DNA from: Bacteroidota bacterium
GTDB lineage: Bacteria; Bacteroidota; Bacteroidia; Palsa-965
Reading direction: 5' to 3'
DNA: 64,000 nucleotides
Assembly (NCBI GenBank): GCA_016194975.1
Contig: JACQAM010000009.1
Coordinates: 788 to 64,787 of the forward strand
Each line of letters begins with the position of its first letter. Position 1 is the stretch's first letter. Below, piece after piece: positions 1-10,543 of the stretch. Under the pieces are notes generated by a model. That model had not been told where the DNA came from. It was given only the letters and a program-made list of their open reading frames with translations, and made no database searches. The translations under genes were made by a program, and so were the position numbers.

Positions 1-470
1 TTTTTCAGTGGTCGCAAACAGGCGACAATATTTATTTTGACCAGAATAATGTTACAGGAGGAAGTGTAGGCATCGGTGTTACCAGTAGCACTTCGTTTTT
101 TACTTGTCCCACTTGCAATGGCGGAAAATATTTACTTGCTGTGAATGGCGGTATTCGCGCGAAAGTTTTAAAAGTAGAACCGCTTTGGTCCGATTATGTT
201 TTCGATTCCACTTATGTCTTAGCTCCGCTTGATACCGTTGCAAATTATATTCAGGCAAATCACCATTTGCCAAATGTGCAAAGTGCAGAAGATGTAAAAC
301 AAAACGGAATTGATGTAGGCGAAACAGATGCTGTCCTTCTTGCAAAGATTGAGGAACTCACGCTCTATATGATTCAACTGCAACAACAGAATGCTGCAAT
401 GCAAAAGGAAATTGATGAGTTGAAGAAAAAACCCGGGCGTTCATTTTTTCTTAAAAAACCTCAGCGGTAA
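1..470 (+). CDS. 3' part of a tail-fibre-like protein with a C-terminal S74-like chaperone/coiled-coil domain (starts before the window)
   Basis: Frame is open from nt 3 (FQWSQTGDNIY...GSVGIG...LAVNGGIRAK...WSDYVF...YIQANHHLPNV...LLAKIEELTLYMIQL). This signature is common in Bacteroidota. Confidence 0.75.
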   Translation, partial: FQWSQTGDNIYFDQNNVTGGSVGIGVTSSTSFFTCPTCNGGKYLLAVNGGIRAKVLKVEPLWSDYVFDSTYVLAPLDTVANYIQANHHLPNVQSAEDVKQNGIDVGETDAVLLAKIEELTLYMIQLQQQNAAMQKEIDELKKKPGRSFFLKKPQR

Positions 471-514
471 TTTCATGAAACTTCCTGGTGGAGAATAATA
501 TTAAAATTATTTCT

Positions 515-1078
515 ATGCGGCAATTATTTTTTTCTTTGTTTTTTTTGATGGCCGTAAATTTTTCTGTTTACGCACAGCACGATAGCACAACGGTGAGAAT
601 CAGAAAAAATTCTTTTTTTGTTGAATATGGTGGAAATGCAGTGGAGGATGGGGTTCGTTTTAAGCAGAGATTTTCGATAAGCTACGATAGAATTTTGATG
701 GGGAATAAACTTGTTAAATCAACTGTTCGCATTGGATACGCTATTCCTACAAAAAATTATTACTTTCCTATTCCTTATGACAGAAGTGAACATATCATAC
801 CCATTATGATGAATCTTTTGATTGGTAAAAAGAACTTTTATTTTGAAATCGGAATAGGAGTCGATTTCGTCCTTTTTAATTCTGATCATGCACATGTTTA
901 TGAAGCATTTACATCAGTGTTTGGATTACGTTATCAAAATTATGAAAAGGGGATAATGGCAAGAATAGGAGTTACACCGACGATCGGAAATTTAAATGGA
1001 ACATATTCTACTGGATCTTATCCTTATTTAGGTTCCTTGTTTGGTATAAGTATTGGATATAGTTTTTTTAAAAAATGA
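515..1078 (+). CDS. hypothetical exported protein, probable small outer-membrane beta-barrel
   Basis: Sec signal (MRQLFF...VYAQ), alternating amphipathic strands, C-terminal GISIGYSF. Confidence 0.65.
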   Translation: MRQLFFSLFFLMAVNFSVYAQHDSTTVRIRKNSFFVEYGGNAVEDGVRFKQRFSISYDRILMGNKLVKSTVRIGYAIPTKNYYFPIPYDRSEHIIPIMMNLLIGKKNFYFEIGIGVDFVLFNSDHAHVYEAFTSVFGLRYQNYEKGIMARIGVTPTIGNLNGTYSTGSYPYLGSLFGISIGYSFFKK

Positions 1079-1091
1079 TAAATCAATAGCC

Positions 1092-3110
1092 ATGAAAAAA
1101 ATCAGTTTGTTCTTTTTATTTATATCACTCAGCATTTTCGTAAATGCTCAGAACGACCAAACCAATCTCGATAAATACTGGCACTATCGTTATCGCCTTG
1201 TCAATGATTTTATGGTAGTGGGCGATGGACCGGGAATGAGTCTGCCTGCCTGTATCAGAAACAAAGGTGGTACCCAGAATTTATATTGGGGAGAAACGCC
1301 CGTTTACCTTGGTTATTATCTCGGCGTGCTTGCAACGGAATATCGTTTGCTTAAAGATAATGGGCAAAATACGGATAGAACACTTACGGAACTCTACTAT
1401 GCGCTGAAGGCAAGTGTGCGAATTGATTTTGTGGCCGAGAGTTACATTGCATGGAATCAATCAAATGTAGTTGATGGATTTTTGATTCGTGATGATGTGC
1501 CAGCAAATTTTGTCACACAGCATTCAAATGAATTGAATCAGAACAGGGTTTCTACAGACCCCGCTTTTGAAATTGGGTCAGGAAGACCGGGACCGGTTTC
1601 AGTTACGGAATCTGACTACTCTCATTTTCTTAACGATCCTGATCCAAGCAAAGTAGCGGTAAGCCAGGATGTGATCTATCAACTTTTAATGGGATTTGCA
1701 TTGGTAAAAAGATATACTGATGACGGCGTGCTCACATTCAATAATTATGTAACTGGAACTACGGATAATGCAGATTTAAAAGCTATGGCAGTTGACGAAG
1801 CTGATAAAATTGTAAGCTTCATAAAAGAGAATCACGGTCACCATTGGGTAATACATGATCCAAATGATAATGCTGTAGTAGGAGGAAGTAATTTAGATAT
1901 GGCAGCGCAGTCTTATGGACTTGCATTATCAGGTACATACATTACCGGGATTACTTATAACGATTCGCACACCGATCCATCATTATGGCAAGGTCTTCAG
2001 GATCCTAATGTTCTTCTGTGCGATCCAATCAGTAATCAGGCAAGTGTTCATCCGATGGGTATGGTGTTGGCAGCAATGAGTAATTCATGGAGAAATACTG
2101 TGGGTAATAATACTACGCCGGATAAAATATTAGAGAACGGCGATTACGATGCCGGAGGAACATTTGGATGTGCATATTTTGATAATCATTTTGGATGGGA
2201 TGTATTTTATGGAATGTTGTGGGATGGATTTTACGGCGGACAAATGCACATAGGAGATTTATGTAAGGCACGGGATATATTGAATTCTGCTTTTGCAGAT
2301 GGTCCTTTTGATCACAATGTTGCCGATAAAGCTTATCCGGGTTGGTGCGCAACAAGACGATTTTTCGACGATTCTCCTCGACAAAACATTGGTAAACCGG
2401 GTTTCGAAGGAAATTACAACGGTTTGGATTATATGCTTCTTTTCAATTTGTATTATTTGGATTCGAAAGCACAAGGTGCTCCAATTTTTATTCCGCAGCA
2501 GAGTGATCCATTTATTTCAGATCACTATCCTTACTTTGATCCGGCCATTCAGGAAGAAACAGGAGATATTTCTGATCCAGTAACGATTTTTTCTCCATAT
2601 TTTCCTGTGATTGCAAATTCACTTTCAGTTAATTCTCCTCAATATACTGAATCTGGATACCTTATAATTTTTGGAGGGCCACAAGGAGTACTATTAACGA
2701 ATACAACGGTAGAAAATTATGCATCGCTCACTGTTTTCAATAATGAACTGAATACAACTTGTGTTCCGTTACAGGATTATTTTTTTGATGAGTGCTCCTA
2801 TCAACGTATAATTAATCCGGATTATTCTTCTTCTAATGGGAATGAATACCTGCCGTCGTATGCTCCGACGGATGAATTTAAACTTTATCCAAACCCTTCG
2901 TCAATGTCAATCAATTTGAATTTTCCTGTAAGCGAAACTTCAAATCCATTGGTTCAAATTTTTAATGCCGAGGGAAAAATTGTTTATGAGTCGAAAAATA
3001 TATTTTCTCAAAACAATGCTATTGATGTTTCTACATTTACTCCTGGTCAATATTTGATAAGGGTAATCGATGATGAAAAGGTTTACACAAAAAAATTTCT
3101 CAAGGAATAG
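1092..3110 (+). CDS. T9SS (Por) C-terminal sorting-domain protein with an uncharacterised N-terminal domain
   Basis: Signal peptide MKKISL...VNAQ; CTD motifs LYPNP...IFNAEGKIV...GQYLIRV...KKFLKE. Confidence 0.85.
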   Translation: MKKISLFFLFISLSIFVNAQNDQTNLDKYWHYRYRLVNDFMVVGDGPGMSLPACIRNKGGTQNLYWGETPVYLGYYLGVLATEYRLLKDNGQNTDRTLTELYYALKASVRIDFVAESYIAWNQSNVVDGFLIRDDVPANFVTQHSNELNQNRVSTDPAFEIGSGRPGPVSVTESDYSHFLNDPDPSKVAVSQDVIYQLLMGFALVKRYTDDGVLTFNNYVTGTTDNADLKAMAVDEADKIVSFIKENHGHHWVIHDPNDNAVVGGSNLDMAAQSYGLALSGTYITGITYNDSHTDPSLWQGLQDPNVLLCDPISNQASVHPMGMVLAAMSNSWRNTVGNNTTPDKILENGDYDAGGTFGCAYFDNHFGWDVFYGMLWDGFYGGQMHIGDLCKARDILNSAFADGPFDHNVADKAYPGWCATRRFFDDSPRQNIGKPGFEGNYNGLDYMLLFNLYYLDSKAQGAPIFIPQQSDPFISDHYPYFDPAIQEETGDISDPVTIFSPYFPVIANSLSVNSPQYTESGYLIIFGGPQGVLLTNTTVENYASLTVFNNELNTTCVPLQDYFFDECSYQRIINPDYSSSNGNEYLPSYAPTDEFKLYPNPSSMSINLNFPVSETSNPLVQIFNAEGKIVYESKNIFSQNNAIDVSTFTPGQYLIRVIDDEKVYTKKFLKE

Positions 3111-3118
3111 TTCCAAAA

Positions 3119-4063
3119 ATGCTTAAAAAATTCTTATTCATTTTATTTATTATTCCTGCTAATTTCATAAGTGGGCAGAATGGATTTTCAATTCAAGCAT
3201 TGGGCGATATGGGTATTTCGCACATTTCAGGAAACCAATTTGCAATAAAGCAGACAGGATATTACAGCAATTATTATGTGTTTGATAAAATGAAGGATTC
3301 ACTTACAATAAAGTTTGGCGGCGGTTTAAAAATCCAATACACATTTCTAAAAAATATTTCATCCGGATTGGGAATTTATTATTCAAATCAACGACAACTT
3401 TACAAAAACTATATTCAATCTGGTCGTTGGACAGATTCAGTCAGTGGGGATTATTATGACAAAACAACTGTCCAGAAAAAAGAAATCAACCTTAATTATT
3501 TATACCTGCCTGTTATATTCACTTATAAATTTCGCTCCGAAAAAAAAATTTGTATTTCAATATTGGGTGGAATGAATTTTGGATTTCTTATCAACTACAA
3601 GATAAATAATATGAAGAGTGAAAACGGAGTGATTTACACCTGGAATGGATCGGACACAATTGCCGATACTTATTCCACTAATGAAAATGGAATAACCCGA
3701 GGTAAAAAGTTTGACTATAATTACACGTATTCATCTTCCATTTTTCCCGGAGGCAGTTCGCATTTTACAAACACACTCAATAAAAATGCTTTCAGGTTAT
3801 TCGACCCTGAAATTATTTTAGGCATCGGATTGGAATGGAATATGAACGATCGATTTTCCATTCCTTTCGATTTTGTCTATTATAAAGGTTTTAGGGACGT
3901 GAAAAATCTTACTGCTCAGGTGATCGGTAGTACTTATAATCCTCCTCCCGTCACGGGTAATTACTGGACTGCACAATATGATGTTGCAAATCCCTTCATT
4001 AATTCTTGTCTAAATTTTGAGATTGGTTTGATCTATAAATTTTCATCAAAAAAAACTAATTGA
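3119..4063 (+). CDS. outer-membrane beta-barrel protein (PorT/OMP_b-brl-like)
   Basis: Signal peptide, LNYLYLPV motif, C-terminal FEIGLIYKF. Confidence 0.7.
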   Translation: MLKKFLFILFIIPANFISGQNGFSIQALGDMGISHISGNQFAIKQTGYYSNYYVFDKMKDSLTIKFGGGLKIQYTFLKNISSGLGIYYSNQRQLYKNYIQSGRWTDSVSGDYYDKTTVQKKEINLNYLYLPVIFTYKFRSEKKICISILGGMNFGFLINYKINNMKSENGVIYTWNGSDTIADTYSTNENGITRGKKFDYNYTYSSSIFPGGSSHFTNTLNKNAFRLFDPEIILGIGLEWNMNDRFSIPFDFVYYKGFRDVKNLTAQVIGSTYNPPPVTGNYWTAQYDVANPFINSCLNFEIGLIYKFSSKKTN

Positions 4064-4138
4064 TATGGCAACTAAAAGTGAGGTTGAGGAAATTAATTGT
4101 TAATAGGGAAAAAATTTATTCCGGATAATTAGAATTCA

Positions 4139-4243
4139 GGGCATCTCTAAAAACACAGAAATGCAAGGCGGGATTTACTATTCGTAAATGAGGATTTTGA
4201 GGATGTAGCCCAACGCAGCAGTTCGAAGTTATTAGAGATGCCC
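4139..4243. mobile_element. MITE-like element, 105 bp
   Basis: Terminal inverted repeats GGGCATCTCTAAAAAC / GTTATTAGAGATGCCC (1 mismatch), flanked by a TTCA direct repeat at 4135-4138 and 4244-4247; no ORF. Confidence 0.75.
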
Positions 4244-4248
4244 TTCAT

Positions 4249-4995
4249 TTATATCCTCACTGCTATCACGCATACATCATCCACTTGTTCGAGTTTGCTT
4301 TCTTTTCCATCGGTACCGGGCCAGGCTCTCCATTTTTCAAACGCTTCATCTAATTTTTTCTTCTGGTATTCCATCGGCTCGTTGCACATGGAAAGAAGAA
4401 GATCTTCAAGCTGTTTGTATTTGAATTTTTTTCCTTTAGGTCCGCCGAACTGGTCAGCAAATCCGTCGGTGAACGTATAAATGATATCTCCTTTTTTGAG
4501 ATCGATCTTTTGCAAAGTGAAATTCGCCATGTCGCCGGTATGTTTTCCAACGGGCATCTTATCCGGTTTGTACTCGGTGAGTTTTCCGTCGCGCACATGC
4601 CAGAGTGGATTATTCGCGCACGCAAATTCAAGTTTCAGATTTTTCAGATCGTACGCGCAGAGAATACAATCCATTCCATCCTTCGATTCCTCTTCCGAAC
4701 CTTCAGGATTGAGTGAATTGATGATCCCGGTGCGAACACTATCGAGGATCTCGTTCGGATGCATGAGATTTTTCTCAACGATCGACTCGTTGAGATGAGA
4801 AATTCCCATCATGCTCATGAGCGCCCCCGGTACACCGTGGCCGGTGCAGTCGGCAGTGGCCATGTAGAAGATCTCGCTGTCACGGCCGGGATGTTTGTGC
4901 GCGAGTGCGAAGTAAAAATCTCCGCTTACAATGTCTTTGGGTTTGTACAGGATGAAAAAATTCCTGGTTTCGGTGGCGGTTGCTGTTGTGCTCAT
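4249..4995 (-). CDS. stand-alone SpoIIE/PP2C-type Ser/Thr phosphatase domain protein
   Basis: Motifs PKDIVSGDFY, ADCTGHGVPGA, DGMD, FTDGFADQFGG, QVDDVCV. Confidence 0.85.
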   Translation of the reverse strand: MSTTATATETRNFFILYKPKDIVSGDFYFALAHKHPGRDSEIFYMATADCTGHGVPGALMSMMGISHLNESIVEKNLMHPNEILDSVRTGIINSLNPEGSEEESKDGMDCILCAYDLKNLKLEFACANNPLWHVRDGKLTEYKPDKMPVGKHTGDMANFTLQKIDLKKGDIIYTFTDGFADQFGGPKGKKFKYKQLEDLLLSMCNEPMEYQKKKLDEAFEKWRAWPGTDGKESKLEQVDDVCVIAVRI

Positions 4996-5245
4996 AAGGG
5001 TAAATATATCAAAGTTGCCTGTAATGCGAAATAAAATCGGGTTGAATTTTTGGAAAGGATAGCAGAAAACAGGGAACACGCCTTATATTTAGGGCTCGCC
5101 TTAACCGGCTGTTTATCCTGCCATAATAAGGGAAATCGCACGCACTACCCTGAGCTTTCCATTCCCGTCCTTATTATTCACTTCACATCTTAACCGCATT
5201 TTGCACGACTGTGCATTGGCATTAATTTTTTTATTGCTCAGCATT

Positions 5246-6517
5246 ATGACAGAAGAATTTCTCCATTACATCTGGGAAACAAAACAATTCCTGCATGAGG
5301 ATCTTTGCACTTCCAGCGGAGGACTACTCTCAGTTATCCATCCCGGGGCGCACAATTTTTATTCGGGGCCCGATTTTTTTAATGCGCAGTTAAAGATAAA
5401 CGAACAGTTGTGGGCAGGCAACGTGGAGATCCACATTCGTTCTTCCGACTGGAACCGTCATGCGCACACGCACGATCCTGCATACGATAACGTGATCCTG
5501 CACGTGGTGTATGAGCACGATGCGGAAGTGAAGAAATGCAATGGGGATGAAATGCCAACGCTGGTGCTCAATGGAAGAATTCCCGATCAACTGGTGGCTT
5601 CCTATTTTTCCATGCGGAATTCAAAAGAGAAGATCGCCTGTGGTCGTGCCGGAAAAGATACCGCACTCCGGATCGCAAGAGAAACGATGTTGTCACGTGC
5701 GCTTATTGATCGCCTTGCGCGAAAAACGGATGAAATGAAATTTCTGCTTGCACAGCTTAACGGCGATTGGGAAGAATTTTTTTACCGTCTTGTTCTTCAT
5801 AGTTTCGGAATGAAAGTGAATGCCGATCCCATGCGCCAACTCGGGAATATTATTCCTCACCGTTTGCTTTTAAAATACCGCGATGCTATTTTCAGAATGG
5901 AAGCTCTCCTTTTCGGCGCCAGCGGATTACTCACAGTGGAAGAAGATGAATACGCCGGAAAACTACAGAAAGAATTTTCATTTCTGCAAAAAGTCCACGG
6001 TCTTGGAAGCATGGAAAAACACGCATGGAAATTCATGCGATTGCGCCCGAATAATTTTCCAACACTGCGCATCGCGCAGGCCGCTGCATTTTTTGGCAAG
6101 CATGAAAAACCTTTTCGCTCCTGCATCGAAACAAATGATCCGGAAATGCTCAGGAAAGTTTTTGATGTAAAAGCTTCGGGCTATTGGAATGATCATTACC
6201 GCTTTGGAGTGAAAAGCCGGACCTATGAAAAGTGCACCGGGAAAAATTCCGCAGAAATTCTGCTCATCAATGTGATCGTTCCACTGAAATTCCTCTATGG
6301 AAAATCGAAGAAAGAAGAAAAATATTCTGAAGAAGCGATCTCCCTGCTCGAAAAAATTACAGCGGAAAAAAATTCAGTCGTAGAAAAATACAGGAAGGAA
6401 GAATGGGAAATAAATTCGGCTGCCGATTCGCAAAGCGTGCTGGAATTGAAAAGAAATTATTGTGACAGGAAAAAATGTCTGGATTGCGAAGTAGGGAGGA
6501 AGATGCTGTATTCATAG
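5246..6517 (+). CDS. DUF2851 family protein
   Basis: MTEEFLHYIW, GPDFFNA, GNVEIH, YDNVILHVV, RLRPNNFPTLRIAQ, C-terminal YC..KKCLDC. Confidence 0.85.
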   Translation: MTEEFLHYIWETKQFLHEDLCTSSGGLLSVIHPGAHNFYSGPDFFNAQLKINEQLWAGNVEIHIRSSDWNRHAHTHDPAYDNVILHVVYEHDAEVKKCNGDEMPTLVLNGRIPDQLVASYFSMRNSKEKIACGRAGKDTALRIARETMLSRALIDRLARKTDEMKFLLAQLNGDWEEFFYRLVLHSFGMKVNADPMRQLGNIIPHRLLLKYRDAIFRMEALLFGASGLLTVEEDEYAGKLQKEFSFLQKVHGLGSMEKHAWKFMRLRPNNFPTLRIAQAAAFFGKHEKPFRSCIETNDPEMLRKVFDVKASGYWNDHYRFGVKSRTYEKCTGKNSAEILLINVIVPLKFLYGKSKKEEKYSEEAISLLEKITAEKNSVVEKYRKEEWEINSAADSQSVLELKRNYCDRKKCLDCEVGRKMLYS

Positions 6518-6530
6518 TCCACTGATTATT

Positions 6531-6558
6531 ATATCCCACCGATTAATCAGTGGGATAT
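6531..6558. repeat. 28-bp near-perfect palindrome (REP-like or bidirectional terminator) between convergent genes
   Basis: ATATCCCACCGATT|AATCAGTGGGATAT, 1 mismatch; a partial copy lies just upstream. Confidence 0.55.
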
Positions 6559-6575
6559 GAAGACATCAAAAAAAA

Positions 6576-7400
6576 TTATTCCGTCAGGCGTTCCTGCAAA
6601 CGATAATCTTCCGTCACATTCCGCGGATCCTGGTTGAGCAATTTTGTGAGTACAATATAAAGTTCAGGGTGGGTTGCAAAAAAATCTTTTGGCGCTTCAA
6701 AAAAAGTTTCCACCGACACGGCAAAAAATTCGTGTTTGTTCGTAAAAGCATATTTGCGCAGGAAATGTTCACTGTCAGGGCCGAGTTCAATTTCTTTTGC
6801 CGCAATTACTTCATAAGGGAAAACAAGTTTTTTAATATCAGAATAATCTTCGGCCGAAGCGGTGTACTCGATGAGCAGCGCATGCGCAAATTCATGAAGC
6901 CCCACATTCAGTTTGTCATCACCCACGCGATATCCTTCGAGATAATCCTTCACTGAAATACGGATGATGCCATTCGGAGTAGTGGCTCCTTTCATCAGCG
7001 GGCCATTGTGATTCATCCTGAAAATAGTTGGATGTAATTCCACCGTATCAAAACTCGCGAGCCAGTCTTTATCGATGTGAAAAGTGAGTTGCGCCGCGGT
7101 TGCGCTGATCATGATCTTTATTTTATCATCGGGCTCATATCCTTCTGCACCGACTACTTTGTTTTTAGAAAGATGGATCAGTACGCGGTCAAAAAATTTC
7201 TTTTTGCCTTCATTAGAAAGTTTATTGTAGTAAGAGAATTGCATCAATTCCAGTTGCACATTTTCTTTGTACTCCTTACTAAAGCGCATTTCTATTACCA
7301 CATCGCTTTGTGCCGCATCATGAATTTTTGTTACGAAAAAACGGAGCAGCCAGGCGAAACCAAGGAAGAATGCGAACAAAGCAGCGGCGACGATGAGCAT
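6576..7400 (-). CDS. zinc-dependent peptidase, MtfA/M90 family
   Basis: NVGLHEFAH zinc motif, YAFTNKHEFFAVSVETFFE, LLNQDP. Confidence 0.85.
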   Translation of the reverse strand: MLIVAAALFAFFLGFAWLLRFFVTKIHDAAQSDVVIEMRFSKEYKENVQLELMQFSYYNKLSNEGKKKFFDRVLIHLSKNKVVGAEGYEPDDKIKIMISATAAQLTFHIDKDWLASFDTVELHPTIFRMNHNGPLMKGATTPNGIIRISVKDYLEGYRVGDDKLNVGLHEFAHALLIEYTASAEDYSDIKKLVFPYEVIAAKEIELGPDSEHFLRKYAFTNKHEFFAVSVETFFEAPKDFFATHPELYIVLTKLLNQDPRNVTEDYRLQERLTE

Positions 7401-7526
7401 GGTTTTCAGAGGAGAATTAAAAGTTCAAGATAATAAGATTTATTTCCGCTCCGGTTCCGGAAATGAAAATGATATTCCATTGCTTGATTTATTTTCTCAA
7501 ATTTACAGGAGATCATCAGCACGAAC

Positions 7527-9566
7527 ATGCATCGCTTTACCAACGAACTCATTCACGAAACCAGCCCTTACCTGCTGCAGCATGCACACAACCCGGTGAA
7601 CTGGATGGCGTGGAATGAAGCGACACTTAAAAAAGCAAAAGAAGAAAACAAACTTATTCTTGTGAGCATCGGTTATTCTGCCTGCCATTGGTGCCACGTG
7701 ATGGAACATGAATCATTCGAAGATGAAACAACGGCGCGCATGATGAACGATCATTTTATCTGTATCAAGATCGATCGCGAGGAACGTCCCGACATTGATG
7801 CAGTTTATATGAGCGCAGTGCAGTTGATGACGCAGCGTGGAGGATGGCCGCTCAATTGTTTCACACTTCCCGATGGAAAACCGTTGTACGGCGGAACTTA
7901 TTTTCCAAAGGAACGCTGGAGAGAAATCCTTCTCACGCTTGCTGATCTCTGGAAAAATGATCCGGATAAATGTTTTGATTACGCGCACCAGCTTACAGAG
8001 GGCGTGCGTGCAACAGGGAAAATAATCACGGACAATGAAGAAAAAAATATTGAAAATAAAACTCTGGAGATCTCCATTCAGAATTGGTCGATGCGGTTTG
8101 ATAATTCAGAAGGAGGCCCTGATCACGCACCGAAATTTCCATTGCCGAACAATTATCTTTTTCTATTGCGTTATGCACATCTCGCCGGCGAACAGGAAAT
8201 TTTAAAACATGTTTCACTCACGCTTGAGAAAATGGCAATGGGTGGAATTTATGATCAGTTGGGTGGAGGATTTGCACGCTATTCAACCGACACGTTGTGG
8301 AAAGTTCCCCACTTCGAAAAAATGCTTTATGATAATGCGCAATTGGTTTCACTTTATTCCGAAGCTTACCAGCAATCGGGCAATGCGCTTTACAAAAATG
8401 TAGTTTATGAAACGCTGGAATTCATTTCACGCGAACTGACAGCGGAGAATGGCGCATTCTATTCTGCGCTCGATGCCGATTCGGAAGGAGAAGAAGGAAA
8501 ATATTATGTGTGGACGAAAGAAGAATTGCATCAAACGATCGGGCAGTCATTACCGAACGCGATCTTTGACGATTATTTTTCAGTGGATGAATATGGCCGG
8601 TGGGAGAATGGAAAAAATATTCTGTTACGGAGGGAAAGTGACGAAGTTATTGCGAAAAAGCACGGTATGAGTGCAGATAAGTTGCAGGAAGGAATAGATA
8701 GCGCGAAAAAAAAATTGCTGGCTGTGCGCGAAAGAAGAGTGCGCCCATCACTCGATGATAAATCACTCACGTCGTGGAATGCGATGATGCTGCGTGCATA
8801 CGTGGATGCGTATGCAGTTTTCGGTGAAGAAAATTTTTTATCAGATGCGCTGAAGAATGCAGCATTTATCCGCGACGTGCAATTGCGTGATGACGGGGGA
8901 TTGTGGCATTCGTGGAAAAAAAACAAGAGTACGATCAACGGATTTCTCGAGGATCATGCATTCGTGATCGATGCTTTCATTGCGCTTTACCAGGTTTGTT
9001 TCAATGAACAATGGCTCATGATAGCGAAGCAACAAACCGATTACGTGATGAAACATTTTGTCTCGGAAGGCCAACAGATGTTTTACTTCACCTCTGCAAA
9101 AGATCCGCTACTCATTACACGAAGAATAGAAACGGATGACAATGTCATTCCTTCTTCAAATTCAGTAATGGCGAAAAATATTTTTTACCTCGGGCATTTC
9201 TTCGGAAAAGCAGAATGGATTACACGTGCGGAACGAATGTTAAAAACAGTACAGGAAGAGATCATCCGCTATGGCGCAGGTTATTCAAACTGGATGATCC
9301 TTCAGCTGCATTTCACTTTTTCATTCCGTGAAGTTGCAATTGTTGGTAACGATGTTGATAAAAGCAGGGCCGCCTTCAGGAAGCATTACCTCCCAAATCA
9401 AATCTTTGCAGGAAGCCCCGGTCTGTCGGATCTGCCTTTGCTTCAAAATCGTTTCGTGGAAAATAAAACACTCATTTACATTTGCGAAAATAATTCCTGC
9501 GAATCACCGGTTGAGAATACACGGGCAGCGATTGACAGATTGGAAACCGGAACGAATGCCGAATAA
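7527..9566 (+). CDS. YyaL/SSP411-family thioredoxin-domain protein (DUF255)
   Basis: [45 protein letters not shown]. Confidence 0.92.
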   Translation: MHRFTNELIHETSPYLLQHAHNPVNWMAWNEATLKKAKEENKLILVSIGYSACHWCHVMEHESFEDETTARMMNDHFICIKIDREERPDIDAVYMSAVQLMTQRGGWPLNCFTLPDGKPLYGGTYFPKERWREILLTLADLWKNDPDKCFDYAHQLTEGVRATGKIITDNEEKNIENKTLEISIQNWSMRFDNSEGGPDHAPKFPLPNNYLFLLRYAHLAGEQEILKHVSLTLEKMAMGGIYDQLGGGFARYSTDTLWKVPHFEKMLYDNAQLVSLYSEAYQQSGNALYKNVVYETLEFISRELTAENGAFYSALDADSEGEEGKYYVWTKEELHQTIGQSLPNAIFDDYFSVDEYGRWENGKNILLRRESDEVIAKKHGMSADKLQEGIDSAKKKLLAVRERRVRPSLDDKSLTSWNAMMLRAYVDAYAVFGEENFLSDALKNAAFIRDVQLRDDGGLWHSWKKNKSTINGFLEDHAFVIDAFIALYQVCFNEQWLMIAKQQTDYVMKHFVSEGQQMFYFTSAKDPLLITRRIETDDNVIPSSNSVMAKNIFYLGHFFGKAEWITRAERMLKTVQEEIIRYGAGYSNWMILQLHFTFSFREVAIVGNDVDKSRAAFRKHYLPNQIFAGSPGLSDLPLLQNRFVENKTLIYICENNSCESPVENTRAAIDRLETGTNAE

Positions 9567-10542
9567 AAAATATTTTATTTTTTTTTCCTGCCTCCTGCCG
9601 CTGTTTGCTGCCGCCCAGCTTTTTCTTCCCATTGATGATGATCCATTCGGAGTTCCGGTGAAATTCAACGCCGACAGTATTCGTATTCACAGAATATTTT
9701 CCATCACCGCAAATCTTCAGTACAAGCCCGACGGAAAAATAATTGATGATCGTGGGCTCAAACAATATTACCGTTTCGACTCACTCGGCCGTCTCGCTGA
9801 ATTCTGGAAAACCACGGTGCGCAATTATGCAAGCGACGAGATCGTTCATCCTGCGGTTTACCGGAAAGGAAGAAGGATCCGCGGGGAATGGACAGAAACG
9901 ATCAATCATTACAATTATGATTCTGTTTTTGTTTATTACTATTACGACAATGTCAGTCGTCTTTCGTGCAGGCGCGAGTGCGACGGTGATTTTTATCACA
10001 CCTGGTATTACCTCTACAATGAAGACGGAACCATTGCGAGGCAAACGCACTGCAGGGAAACGAACATCGGTACAGGCCGCGATCAATTCCGTCTCGGTAT
10101 GCAAACGATAATTTCGCAGGAAGATTTTTCCTACAAAAGATTTTCTCCGCAGCAGGTAAAACAATTCTGCCTGAACGACGAAGGAAAACCGTATAAGGAA
10201 ATGATGATGAACTTCGATAAGAAAGATCGCCCTGTAGAATTTCGCGAAGAATATACTGCCGGTGGAATACGGACAGTTTCATTGTGGAAATACGATTCAC
10301 TCGACCGCACTTCTGAGATCAGCTATACGTCTAATGCCGGCGGAGATTTTACTGAAACCACAAAATATAATTATGATTCACTGGGAAGAATTGAATCCGT
10401 GAAAAGATTTACGAACGATCAGTTGAAAGATGAATTCAGTTATCTCTATCACGAACATGAACCGGTAGCGTATGCCTACATCAATCGTCGCCACCTCGAA
10501 GCAGGGATCGATATTGTGAAGATGGATATAAGGTACTGGTAA
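9556..10542 (+). CDS. hypothetical exported protein with YD-like repeats
   Basis: Signal peptide; repeated Y/FDSLGR-like units; overlaps the end of the upstream gene. Confidence 0.65.
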   Translation: MPNKKYFIFFSCLLPLFAAAQLFLPIDDDPFGVPVKFNADSIRIHRIFSITANLQYKPDGKIIDDRGLKQYYRFDSLGRLAEFWKTTVRNYASDEIVHPAVYRKGRRIRGEWTETINHYNYDSVFVYYYYDNVSRLSCRRECDGDFYHTWYYLYNEDGTIARQTHCRETNIGTGRDQFRLGMQTIISQEDFSYKRFSPQQVKQFCLNDEGKPYKEMMMNFDKKDRPVEFREEYTAGGIRTVSLWKYDSLDRTSEISYTSNAGGDFTETTKYNYDSLGRIESVKRFTNDQLKDEFSYLYHEHEPVAYAYINRRHLEAGIDIVKMDIRYW

Positions 10543-10543
10543 G

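Noticed and set aside
1..470. Prophage, suggested by the tail-fibre-like protein
   Set aside because: This C-terminal domain is common in non-phage Bacteroidota proteins, and no capsid, terminase, integrase or lysis genes are in the window.
5080..5245. Structured RNA in the divergent gap before DUF2851
   Set aside because: Only short, weak complementarities, with no motif I can recognise.
9556..10542. Rhs toxin
   Set aside because: Only a few YD-like repeats; no Rhs core (DPxG) motif, toxin tip or immunity gene.
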